Of a stretch of 62,621 nt of DNA, positions 36,615 through 45,255 are shown piece after piece; within the stretch, counting starts at the first letter, position 1, and each line of letters begins with the position of its first letter. Below the pieces are notes generated by a model that ran no database searches, was not told the origin of the DNA, and saw nothing but the letters and a program-made list of their open reading frames with translations. The stretch lies in the NCBI GenBank assembly GCA_028718505.1, contig JAQULQ010000001.1, positions 1 to 62,621 of the forward strand, read 5' to 3'. This DNA comes from Candidatus Colwellbacteria bacterium. Its GTDB lineage: Bacteria > Patescibacteriota > Minisyncoccia > UBA6257 > Colwellbacteraceae. Position numbers and translations under genes: made by a program.

Positions 36615-37161
36615 TGACCTAAAGAAGGGCTCTCTGATCGTTATCAACAGAGAACCCTATAGGGTGATGCTCGTAAAACACTCCCATATGGGGAGAGGTT
36701 CCGCGACCCTGCAGGCTAAGATCGTGAGTCTGGTCAGCGGAAAAATCTTTGAAAGAGGTTTTAAGCCAGCCGACGAGTTTGATGAAGCGGAAATAGAAAA
36801 AATGGACTCAGAGTTCATTTATGCCCGCGACGATGAATATTGGTTCCACGAAGCCGGCAATCCTGCCCATCGTTTTTCCCTTAGCGCAGAGGCGATAGGG
36901 GAACAAAGGATTTTTATGAAGCCCAAGATGCCCGTCCGCGCCTTCAAGTTCAATGAAGAGATCATCAATGTGGAGCTTCCGATAAAAGCCGACTTTAAAG
37001 TGACGGAGGCTCCGCCCAATGTCCGTGGCAATACCGCTCAAGGGGGAACTAAGCAAGTGGTCATCGAGACGGGTGCCAGAGTAAGTACGCCGATGTTCGT
37101 GGAGACGGGGGACACCATTCGCGTGAATACCGAAACCGGTGAATACGTTGAAAGAGCTTAG
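36601..37161 (+). CDS. efp: elongation factor P
   Basis: 186-aa, three-domain EF-P pattern (INDLKKGSLIVINREPYRVM...). GTG start overlaps the preceding gene. Confidence 0.9.
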   Translation: MLGINDLKKGSLIVINREPYRVMLVKHSHMGRGSATLQAKIVSLVSGKIFERGFKPADEFDEAEIEKMDSEFIYARDDEYWFHEAGNPAHRFSLSAEAIGEQRIFMKPKMPVRAFKFNEEIINVELPIKADFKVTEAPPNVRGNTAQGGTKQVVIETGARVSTPMFVETGDTIRVNTETGEYVERA

Positions 37162-37185
37162 TCTCTTTAGTAATCTTCCGTTCAG

Positions 37186-38244
37186 ATGAAAAGAAACAGC
37201 CAAGCTAAGGTTTTTGTTGCTATGTCGGGAGGAGTGGACTCGTCCGTTTCAGCATATCTTCTAAAGAAGCAGGGTCATGATGTGACCGGCGTGCACTTGA
37301 CCTGCTGGAACGAGGGCGGCTGCAGCGATAAAGAAGAATGTGATGCCCGTCGGGCGGCAGAGACGCTCAAGATCCCCTTTTATGTTTTTGACCTGCGCAA
37401 AGATTATGCCGACAGGGTCGTAGGTTATATGGTGGACGGATACAAACGCGGCATCACTCCCAATCCGGATGTGATGTGTAATAGAGAGATCAAGTTCGGT
37501 GCTTTTCTGAAAAGAGCACTTTCTATGGGAGCAGATTATATCGCGACCGGCCACTATGCCCGTCTCAAGGTAAAAAACGGGACCCATTCTATCTATGCTG
37601 GTAAAGATAGGAATAAAGACCAATCATATTTCTTGTGGGCACTTAACCAGGAGCAACTGAAGCGCGTCATTTTTCCGGTAGGGGAACTCCTTAAACCTGC
37701 AGTAAGGAAGATAGCCCGTAAGGCGGGTTTGCATGTTGCGGACAAGAAGGATTCGCAGGGGATTTGCTTTGTCGGGAAAACGACACTCCCGGCATTCTTG
37801 GGAAGGTATCTAAAAGAAAAGAAGGGTCTTGTCCTTGATGCGGAGGGTAAAGTCGTCGGTTCCCATCCTGGTGCTTATTTTTATACCATCGGGCAGAGGC
37901 ACGGTTTGGGTATTGCTCTCAGCCAACCCCATTATGTTATCCATAAAGACGTTAAGAGGAATACAATTGTCCTGGCCGGCGAAAATGATAAGCGCCTGTA
38001 CGGGTGGGAGGTTTATCTTGGAGGGCTTAATCTGAACCCAGATTTTAAATTCCCAGCAAATGTGCGAGCGAGAGTACGCTATCGCCAGACTTTACAGGAC
38101 GCTCGTGCTTTCCATGATAAGGGAGAATGTAAGTTGGTTTTCTCAAAACCGGTGAAATTTATCGCCCCAGGCCAAAGCGCCGTTTTTTACAACACTCAGG
38201 GCAGATTGTTGGGCGGGGGCATTATTCTCGACAGAGAGGCATAA
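37186..38244 (+). CDS. mnmA: tRNA 2-thiouridine(34) synthase
   Basis: PP-loop VAMSGGVDSSVSA, catalytic cysteines and KDQSYFL motif. Confidence 0.93.
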   Translation: MKRNSQAKVFVAMSGGVDSSVSAYLLKKQGHDVTGVHLTCWNEGGCSDKEECDARRAAETLKIPFYVFDLRKDYADRVVGYMVDGYKRGITPNPDVMCNREIKFGAFLKRALSMGADYIATGHYARLKVKNGTHSIYAGKDRNKDQSYFLWALNQEQLKRVIFPVGELLKPAVRKIARKAGLHVADKKDSQGICFVGKTTLPAFLGRYLKEKKGLVLDAEGKVVGSHPGAYFYTIGQRHGLGIALSQPHYVIHKDVKRNTIVLAGENDKRLYGWEVYLGGLNLNPDFKFPANVRARVRYRQTLQDARAFHDKGECKLVFSKPVKFIAPGQSAVFYNTQGRLLGGGIILDREA

Positions 38245-38264
38245 AGTAGTGATATATTAACGAT

Positions 38265-38810
38265 ATGGCGCTTTTTACGGGCAAAGGAGATGATGGCAAG
38301 ACTTTGTTGTTGAGTGCAGAAGAGCGAGTTTCAAAAGCGTCTTGCCAAACAGAGGTTCTGGGAGTCTTAGATGAGGTCAATACACTCATCGGTGTGTGTA
38401 AAGCTAAAAGCCGGAATTTTACATATACGGTCAACAGCAGTCAGCTGGCTGATATTCTTGAGGATATTCAGCAAGATCTGTTTACTATCCAAGCTGTGAC
38501 TGCCGGCTCTCCTAAAAGTCTGAACGCAGATAGAATCGAGGAACTCGAAGTTGTTATATCAGGCATCGAAAAAGAACTGCCTCCCATCAAGTCATTTCTT
38601 CTGTCTGGCGGAACCGAGTTGTCAGGACTGCTTGACTACGCGCGAGCTGTGGTGCGCCGAGCCGAGAGAGTCTTTGTAGGCTGTGCCGGGGCGGGGAATA
38701 TTCCAGAAGGGATCTTAAAATATCTCAATAGGCTTTCTTCTCTGCTCTACGCTCTGGTTAGGTTTGTAAATCACGTCCAAGATGTAGAAGAAGTACCTCC
38801 GTCCTATTAA
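38265..38810 (+). CDS. PduO-type ATP:cob(I)alamin adenosyltransferase family protein
   Basis: TGKGDDGKT N-terminal motif and a helical bundle (DIQQDLF...). Confidence 0.75.
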   Translation: MALFTGKGDDGKTLLLSAEERVSKASCQTEVLGVLDEVNTLIGVCKAKSRNFTYTVNSSQLADILEDIQQDLFTIQAVTAGSPKSLNADRIEELEVVISGIEKELPPIKSFLLSGGTELSGLLDYARAVVRRAERVFVGCAGAGNIPEGILKYLNRLSSLLYALVRFVNHVQDVEEVPPSY

Positions 38811-38814
38811 GGGA

Positions 38815-40101
38815 ATGCCCTTATTCGATAAAGCTTTTTATTTTCCCTTATTTTTTATTTTGGGTGTGGGAGCTGCGGGTTTCGGAATACGGATTTGGTT
38901 GAGTCTCATTTTCGCTGCGATCGTCGGATATTTTATCTTCTCGTTCAGGCCCAAAAGGGTTTTGGTATTCGTCCTAATCTGTTTTGCTGGATACTTTTAC
39001 CACGACCTCTACGTTGTTCTTCGCTCACACTCGGTTCCCCTAGGGGAAGAGCGAGTCTATGTCGGTTTAGTGGTCGACCAGCCTGAATTTGGCCTTAAAA
39101 CAACCCTTCTTGATATCGCTCTTCAAAAACCGAATGAGGGTATGTTGCGAGTGTACTCTTCCTCGACAGAGAACATCCAATACGGAGACATTATAAGTTT
39201 TCAGGGAGTAGTCGAAGAGCAGACTGCAGAGACATATACGGTTGCCTTTCCTCAAAGTATTACAGTTTTAGAACGGCAAAGGGGCAATCCTGTTAAAAGT
39301 ATTCTCTTCAGTATAAAAACCAAGATCATAGATAATCTGCAGGCAGTGCTGGCCCCGGAAAAGTCCGCCCTTATGGCCGGAATTCTGTTGGGCGAGCGGG
39401 CTGAATTTACTCCAGAGCTTAAAGAAGCAATGCGTTTGAGCGGGACCACTCATATAGTGGCGTTGTCTGGTTACAATATAGCTATTTTAGTGACTACTCT
39501 TTCTCTTGCCCTGGCTTATATATGTGATCGGCGCAAAGCATTCTGGCTGAGTTTAATGGTCATCCCTTTATTTGTGGTCATGACCGGTGCGGAGGCATCG
39601 GTTGTACGAGCGGGCATAATGGGATTAGTCACCTTACTAGCTGTACAGCAGGAACGGATTTACAGCCCTCGCAACGCCATCACTTTGACTGCTCTCGCAA
39701 TGCTGATTTACGATCCGAGGTTGCTCAGTCGGGATGTTGGATTCCAGCTTTCTTTTGCCGCTCTTCTGGGAATGGTTTATTTTTATCCATGGATGATGCA
39801 GAAATTAAAGTGGCGAAGCGGCGGGTTTTTGAATTGGAGAACGAATGCTTTACAAACTCTCTCTGCACAGATAGCTGTGCTTCCGATTCTTCTGCCCACC
39901 TTTGGTTTTGTTGCTCCCACCGCACTTTTCGCGAACATTTTGATCTTGGAATTCGTTCCGCTTACAATGTTGGCCGGCTTTTTTACGGCCCTTAGCGGAT
40001 TCTTATCTTATTACCTCTCTATTTTTATTGGATGGGGAACCAACCTTTTATTAAGTTATGAGATATTTATCATTCAGCTTTTCGCTCTTAATTGGGCTTA
40101 A
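38815..40101 (+). CDS. comEC: ComEC/Rec2 DNA-uptake channel protein (DUF4131 + competence domain, no MBL domain)
   Basis: Polytopic membrane protein with GILLGER...SGTTHIVALSGYNIAIL competence-domain motif. Confidence 0.85.
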   Translation: MPLFDKAFYFPLFFILGVGAAGFGIRIWLSLIFAAIVGYFIFSFRPKRVLVFVLICFAGYFYHDLYVVLRSHSVPLGEERVYVGLVVDQPEFGLKTTLLDIALQKPNEGMLRVYSSSTENIQYGDIISFQGVVEEQTAETYTVAFPQSITVLERQRGNPVKSILFSIKTKIIDNLQAVLAPEKSALMAGILLGERAEFTPELKEAMRLSGTTHIVALSGYNIAILVTTLSLALAYICDRRKAFWLSLMVIPLFVVMTGAEASVVRAGIMGLVTLLAVQQERIYSPRNAITLTALAMLIYDPRLLSRDVGFQLSFAALLGMVYFYPWMMQKLKWRSGGFLNWRTNALQTLSAQIAVLPILLPTFGFVAPTALFANILILEFVPLTMLAGFFTALSGFLSYYLSIFIGWGTNLLLSYEIFIIQLFALNWA

Positions 40102-40918
40102 TATTGTTATCTGGGGCACGATTGCGGTGCATATGGCTTCTGCGGACCTGTGTCTTTATTTCCTCGACGTTGGACAAGGAGATAGCCAGCTTATCGATCT
40201 GCCAGAAGGCGGTAAAATTCTTATCGACGGGGGGCCTGGCAAGGAAACATCATTCCGATTAAGCAGGGTGCTCCCATGGTCAGACAAGTACATTGACTTG
40301 GTTCTCTTGACGCACGCTGAAAAGGACCATCTGGGTGGGTTGGGAGATGTAATAGCACGTCATCAAGTCGGTGCTTTTCTGTGGAGCGGCCAAGACGCCG
40401 TGACCGAGGATTGGGCGGAGCTTAGGAACATTTTATTCGAACGCAGTATACCCTTAGTACAAGTTGGCAAAGGAGATAGGATAATTCAGGGAGATAGCGT
40501 GCTGAGCGTTATATCTCCGGACCCAGAATTACCGGAGAACCCCAGTTCTAATGAGCGGTCGCTCGTCCTGATCTTAGAAAGCGAAGACGCAGCCGTACTC
40601 TATACAGCTGATATCAGTACAGAAATAGAAAATAAATTAACAGCAGAGAATGATGTAAACGTTGATATTCTGAAGGTAGCCCATCACGGTTCAAGGTTCT
40701 CCACCAGTCCCGCATTTTTAGAAGAGGCATCACCAGCCGTCGCCGTTATCGAGGTGGGAGATAATAATTATGACCACCCACATCGTACTACTCTGCAAAA
40801 GCTTGCAATGGCCGGGGCCAGTATTTATAGAACAGATATTAATGGGACCATTAGTCTTTTGATTCGAGACGGAAAGATCGGAGTAAAAGTAGAAAGACAA
40901 GCCGGGCAAAGTAATTGA
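40058..40918 (+). CDS. MBL-fold metallo-hydrolase corresponding to the ComEC C-terminal domain, encoded as a separate ORF
   Basis: N-terminal TM helix, FLDVGQGDS, LTHAEKDHLGG and VAHHGS motifs. Overlaps comEC by 44 nt in a different frame. Confidence 0.85.
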   Translation: MRYLSFSFSLLIGLNIVIWGTIAVHMASADLCLYFLDVGQGDSQLIDLPEGGKILIDGGPGKETSFRLSRVLPWSDKYIDLVLLTHAEKDHLGGLGDVIARHQVGAFLWSGQDAVTEDWAELRNILFERSIPLVQVGKGDRIIQGDSVLSVISPDPELPENPSSNERSLVLILESEDAAVLYTADISTEIENKLTAENDVNVDILKVAHHGSRFSTSPAFLEEASPAVAVIEVGDNNYDHPHRTTLQKLAMAGASIYRTDINGTISLLIRDGKIGVKVERQAGQSN

Positions 40919-40956
40919 GAGCGGGCCTCTTTTGTCTTATACTGAACTAAATTAGC

Positions 40957-42375
40957 ATGCGTATCTTGGCGAGTGAGATATTGGAAAAAGTAGGTGAGAG
41001 GGTGGAGCTAGCCGGATGGGTGAGTGCTAGACGTGACCACGGTAAACTTATTTTTATTGACCTTCGCGACAGAACTGGAGTAGTTCAGCTTGTTTTTAAC
41101 GCCAATAAACAGGTTGACGTATACAAATTAGCGGATACTCTCCGGCCCGAATGGGTGATTCGCATTGTGGGTGAGGTGGGAGAACGTCCTGCGGGGATGA
41201 TTAACGAAGACATAGAAACGGGCAAAGTAGAGGTGGCCGTAGAAGAGTTGGAGATTTTGGCGGAGGCCGAGACACCTCCCTTTGAATTAAGCACGGACGG
41301 CTATGAAATTAATGAGGAGCTGAGGATGAAGTACCGGTATCTCGATATGAGGCGCGGGAGGATAAAGAAAAATCTCATCGCCCGGCATGAGATAACCGAT
41401 TTTACCCGCCGGTTTTTCTATGACCACGGCTTTACCGAAGTTGAAACCCCATATATTAGCAAATCTACGCCGGAAGGTGCCCGTGACTATCTGGTTCCGT
41501 CCAGGCTTCAGCCGGGTATGTTTTACGCTTTGCCTCAGTCTCCCCAGCAGTATAAACAGCTTTTGATGATCGGCGGTCTAGAACGTTATTTCCAGATGGC
41601 TCGGTGTTTCAGGGATGAGGATACTCGGGGTGATCGTCAGCCTGAGTTCACCCAGATCGATATTGAGATGAGTTTTGTGGAGCAGGAAGACGTGCTGGGA
41701 TTAATAGAAGAATATTTAATACAGCTTTCCAGCAAACTTTATCCTCATAAGAAATTGACGCTGGAGAATGGAAGAATACCCAGGATGCTCTATGAAGTTG
41801 CTATGAGCAAATATGGCACCGATAGACCCGATGTTCGTAAAGATAAAAAAGACGATAACGAATTCGCTCCTGTCTTTGTGGTTGATTTCCCGATGTTCGA
41901 GCAGAGAGAAGATAAAAGTTGGGGAGCGGCTCATCATCCCTTCACTATGCCGGACGTAAAAGATGCAAAAGAACTGAAAGCGAAATTCAAAAAAGCCCCT
42001 CTGTCTATTAAGGGCCTTCAGTATGATGTTGTTCTGAACGGTTGGGAAATCTTCGGTGGTTCCATCCGCAACCATAATCCGGAACTGCTCAAAGCGGTAT
42101 TTGAAGTAATGGGGCACAAGAGTAAAGATATAGAGGAGCGGTTCGGGCATCTGCTCAAAGCCTTCCGCTATGGTGTACCTCCTCACGGCGGGATAGCTTG
42201 CGGCTTTGATAGGCTGGTGGCAATTCTCCAGAATGAACCCAATATTCGTGAAGTCATCGCTTTTCCGAAAACAGGCGACGGCCGAGACCTAATGATGGAT
42301 GCGCCGTCCGCAGTGGATAAGAAGCAGTTGAAAGAGTTGGGACTGAGTGTTAAAAAAAGTAAGAAGAATGAATAA
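40957..42375 (+). CDS. aspS: aspartyl-tRNA synthetase (472 aa, no GAD insertion domain)
   Basis: OB-fold N-terminus (GWVSARRDHGKLIFIDLRDRTG), motif 2 FRDEDTRGDRQPEFTQID and motif 3 GFDRLV. Confidence 0.93.
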   Translation: MRILASEILEKVGERVELAGWVSARRDHGKLIFIDLRDRTGVVQLVFNANKQVDVYKLADTLRPEWVIRIVGEVGERPAGMINEDIETGKVEVAVEELEILAEAETPPFELSTDGYEINEELRMKYRYLDMRRGRIKKNLIARHEITDFTRRFFYDHGFTEVETPYISKSTPEGARDYLVPSRLQPGMFYALPQSPQQYKQLLMIGGLERYFQMARCFRDEDTRGDRQPEFTQIDIEMSFVEQEDVLGLIEEYLIQLSSKLYPHKKLTLENGRIPRMLYEVAMSKYGTDRPDVRKDKKDDNEFAPVFVVDFPMFEQREDKSWGAAHHPFTMPDVKDAKELKAKFKKAPLSIKGLQYDVVLNGWEIFGGSIRNHNPELLKAVFEVMGHKSKDIEERFGHLLKAFRYGVPPHGGIACGFDRLVAILQNEPNIREVIAFPKTGDGRDLMMDAPSAVDKKQLKELGLSVKKSKKNE

Positions 42376-42967
42376 GAAGGAAAGAAGCTTGGTGCTCATT
42401 AAACCGGACGGCGTTCAGAGAGGATTGATTGGAGAGGTTATAAAACGTTACGAAAGAACTGGCCTAAAGCTAGTTGGCCTTAAAATGTTCGTGCCCACGG
42501 CCGACTTTGTAAAGAAACATTATTTGCTTGATCCAGGTTGGAAACAGAGCAATGGAGAGAAAACAATAAATGCTTATAAAGCCAAGGGCCAGGAGCCCCC
42601 GATCAGTGATCCAATCAAAGCTGCTGAGAAAACATTAGGAAGACTGAAATCTTATATATCTTCTGGTCCGGTCGTGGCTATGGTTTGGCAGGGGATGAAC
42701 GCGGTAGAAGTCATCAGAAAAATAACTGGAGGGACAGAACCGCGCACATCAGACATCGGTACGATAAGGGGAGATTTCACCATCGATTCTTATGAAATTG
42801 CCGATTTAGATGATCGGTCAGTCAGGAACATTATTCATGCGTCGGGCTCTCCCAAAGAAGCCGAGATGGAGGTGAAACACTGGTTCGAAGACGAGGAGCT
42901 GATGAATTACAGATTGGTTGGCGAAGAGATCCTTTACGACGTTAATCTAGACGGCATTTTGGAATAG
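42368..42967 (+). CDS. ndk: nucleoside-diphosphate kinase with insertions (199 aa)
   Basis: IKPDGVQRGLIGEVI, GPVVAMVW, TIRGDF and NIIHAS motifs. ATG 42368 is preferred over track start 42347. Confidence 0.88.
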   Translation: MNKKERSLVLIKPDGVQRGLIGEVIKRYERTGLKLVGLKMFVPTADFVKKHYLLDPGWKQSNGEKTINAYKAKGQEPPISDPIKAAEKTLGRLKSYISSGPVVAMVWQGMNAVEVIRKITGGTEPRTSDIGTIRGDFTIDSYEIADLDDRSVRNIIHASGSPKEAEMEVKHWFEDEELMNYRLVGEEILYDVNLDGILE

Positions 42968-43152
42968 GTTATTAATATATCTCGACGCCTTTTCGTGTTT
43001 AAATAGCTGCATATTTGATATAATAAGAGCAGTTCCGCTCACAAGTATCCGATCAAACAATTTTTTAAGGGAGACCTACATCGCTTGTTTCTTAGGAATC
43101 AAGCTGCGGTCACCCACCTGGAGAATTCCGGGTTACTGCCGAGCGGGACATG

Positions 43153-43178
43153 AAAAAACAGGCGAGAGCCTGTTTTTT
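43153..43178. terminator. bidirectional rho-independent terminator
   Basis: AAAAAACAGGC-gaga-GCCTGTTTTTT. Confidence 0.75.
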
Positions 43179-43199
43179 CATTGAAAGAGAACTACTTTA

Positions 43200-43272
43200 T
43201 CGGACTGCCGGGATTCGAACCCGGTCTATGTGCACCCCATGCACACGTGCTGGCCGTTGACACTACAGTCCG
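43200..43272 (-). tRNA. tRNA-Pro (GGG)
   Basis: On the minus strand: acceptor CGGACTG/CAGTCCG, anticodon arm TGTGC-ATGGGGT-GCACA, T arm CCGGG-TTCGAAT-CCCGG. Confidence 0.88.
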
Positions 43273-43322
43273 TAGTGAAAAAATAATCCAAACGCTTCGT
43301 GCTTAGATTATCTTTTCGCGCC

Positions 43323-43366
43323 CGGACTGCTCAGCAAATTATCTTGGGATAATTTGTGACAGTCCG
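43323..43366 (-). repeat. hairpin whose outer 7-bp stem is identical to the tRNA-Pro acceptor stem
   Basis: Minus strand reads CGGACTG-tca-CAAATTATC-ccaa-GATAATTTG-ctgag-CAGTCCG, 50 nt upstream of the tRNA 5' end. Confidence 0.65.
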
Positions 43367-43396
43367 TTGTGGCAGCCCCGTATTTAAAATATCAGC

Positions 43397-43585
43397 CTAC
43401 TTCGTCTTCTTTGAAAAAGCCTTAATACATCTTGTGCAGGCGAGCACCCGCTTCCCTTTATCATCTAGGGCTTTTTGTAAATTAGGCTGTTTCCTTTGTA
43501 GGGGAGTCGGGTTGAAGTGGCCACGCAGCTTATTTCTTTTGCCGGCTTTTTTGGAGCCCTTCCCGCATATCTCACAATTTTTCAT
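43397..43585 (-). CDS. rpmB: 50S ribosomal protein L28
   Basis: MKNCEICGKGSKKAGKRNKLRGHFNPTPLQRKQPNLQKA... fits the L28 pattern. Internal ATG 43585 is chosen; the track start 43690 overlaps the divergent gene. Confidence 0.8.
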   Translation of the reverse strand: MKNCEICGKGSKKAGKRNKLRGHFNPTPLQRKQPNLQKALDDKGKRVLACTRCIKAFSKKTK

Positions 43586-43615
43586 GGTGTGGTATAAATA
43601 TATGACTGCAGGAAT

Positions 43616-44242
43616 ATGGATAACATACAAACGAGCATATTTCAAATAGTTGTTTTGATCCTTTCGGTAGTTATCCACGAAGTCGCTCACGGTGTGGTCG
43701 CCCTTAAGTTGGGCGATGAGACCGCTAAAAATGCTGGCAGGTTGACTCTTAATCCGCTAGCTCATATCGATCCCGTCGGTTCGGTCTTCTTGCCCCTGAC
43801 ATTGGTCTTGATCCGGTCCCCCTTTCTTATCGGTTGGGCTAAACCGGTACCGTATAATCCTCTCAATTTACACAAGGATTATAAGTACGGACCGGTTAAG
43901 GTTGCTCTCGCCGGTCCCGGAACTAACTTAGGCATCGCCATCATAATGGGCCTGATCATCAGGGTCTTCGGCTTAGCACTTGGTTCGGTTACGGTCGCGC
44001 TGCTGGTGCAGATCGTCTTTATTAATGTTCTCCTAGCTGTTTTTAATCTCGTGCCGGTACCTCCCCTAGATGGTTCCAAAATCCTGACTCTTTTTCTGCC
44101 GGCCAGATATTCTTATGTGCTGCAGAGCGTTGGAACAGGGGGTATTCTCTTTGTTTTCCTATTCTTGTATCTCTTCTCGGGGATAGTTTTCAGTATTACC
44201 AATCTACTGGCCTCTCTCATCATCGGTCTTCCATTATCGTAA
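43616..44242 (+). CDS. site-2 protease family (M50) zinc metalloprotease
   Basis: HEVAHG motif in a TM helix, LNPLAHIDPVG motif, and polytopic topology. Confidence 0.8.
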   Translation: MDNIQTSIFQIVVLILSVVIHEVAHGVVALKLGDETAKNAGRLTLNPLAHIDPVGSVFLPLTLVLIRSPFLIGWAKPVPYNPLNLHKDYKYGPVKVALAGPGTNLGIAIIMGLIIRVFGLALGSVTVALLVQIVFINVLLAVFNLVPVPPLDGSKILTLFLPARYSYVLQSVGTGGILFVFLFLYLFSGIVFSITNLLASLIIGLPLS

Positions 44243-44249
44243 TTTTTGA

Positions 44250-44278
44250 TTGACAGCACTAGTGATTGAACTTATATT
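44250..44278 (+). promoter_or_regulatory. sigma70-type promoter for the str operon
   Basis: TTGACA (44250-44255), 17-nt spacer, TATATT (44273-44278). Confidence 0.55.
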
Positions 44279-44364
44279 TACCCAGTTAGAAGCTGAATTA
44301 GAGTCAGCTGTTTCGGCCGGCCGCCTCGGGCGGTTTGTTTCTAGCGAAGAAGATGTTAAAATAA

Positions 44365-44781
44365 ATGCCAACCATTAATCAATTAGTAAAGAAAGGCAGA
44401 AAGACGGCGTCCCGAAAAGATAAAACTCCGGCGCTTTCGTATGGTTTTAACCATCTAAAGAACAAACCATCGCATTATCCCTCACCGCTGAAACGGGGAG
44501 TCTGCTTGAAGGTTTTTACAACCACTCCCAAAAAACCAAACTCCGCTCTGAGAAAAGTAGCCAGAGTCCGTTTAACCAATGGTCAGGAAGTGACAGCCTA
44601 TATTCCTGGAGAGGGACACAGGCTTCAGGAGCATTCAGTGGTTGTTATTCGCGGAGGCCGGGTAAAAGATTTGCCGGGAGTACGATATCACATTGTGAGG
44701 GGTGTATTGGATACCACTGGTGTTGAGAACAGAAAACAAAAGCGTTCAAAGTACGGAGCTAAGAAGCCAAAGGGGAATTAG
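44365..44781 (+). CDS. rpsL: 30S ribosomal protein S12
   Basis: [12 protein letters not shown]...[14 protein letters not shown]. Confidence 0.97.
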   Translation: MPTINQLVKKGRKTASRKDKTPALSYGFNHLKNKPSHYPSPLKRGVCLKVFTTTPKKPNSALRKVARVRLTNGQEVTAYIPGEGHRLQEHSVVVIRGGRVKDLPGVRYHIVRGVLDTTGVENRKQKRSKYGAKKPKGN

Positions 44782-44783
44782 TT

Positions 44784-45254
44784 ATGAGAAAAAGACCGGC
44801 CACAAAGAGATCTCATCAGCCCGATCCCATCTATGGGAGTGTTGCGGTTGCGAGATTTGTCAATTATCTGATGAAGGGAGGTAAAAAAAGTGCAGCCGAG
44901 AAGGTTATGTATGGGGCGATGGAGATCTTAAAGAAAAAAATGAAGACAGAGGAGCCTTTGGCAATATTTGAAAAAGCTATAGAAAATGCTACTCCTCAGC
45001 AGGAAGTGGGCTCCAAAAGGATCGGCGGAGCTAATTATCAGATACCGAAAGAGGTTAGACCTGACCGCAAATTCGTTTTGGCTAGTCGCTGGATTATACA
45101 GGCAACTCGGAAGAAGTCTGGTAGGCCGATGGCCGAAAGACTCGCTGATGAATTGTTAGCCGCTTACAACAACGAGGGCGACGCTATCAAGAAGAAACAG
45201 GACGTTCATCGTATGGCTGAAGCCAACAGGGCCTTCGCGCACTTCGCACGATAG
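44784..45254 (+). CDS. rpsG: 30S ribosomal protein S7
   Basis: 156 aa with S7 pattern (DPIYGS...[11 protein letters not shown]). Operon position fits. Confidence 0.95.
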   Translation: MRKRPATKRSHQPDPIYGSVAVARFVNYLMKGGKKSAAEKVMYGAMEILKKKMKTEEPLAIFEKAIENATPQQEVGSKRIGGANYQIPKEVRPDRKFVLASRWIIQATRKKSGRPMAERLADELLAAYNNEGDAIKKKQDVHRMAEANRAFAHFAR

Positions 45255-45255
45255 A

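Noticed and set aside
43356-43649. 97-aa plus-strand ORF opposite rpmB.
   Set aside because: It is antisense to a recognisable L28 gene and overlaps the M50 protease start. It has no motifs.
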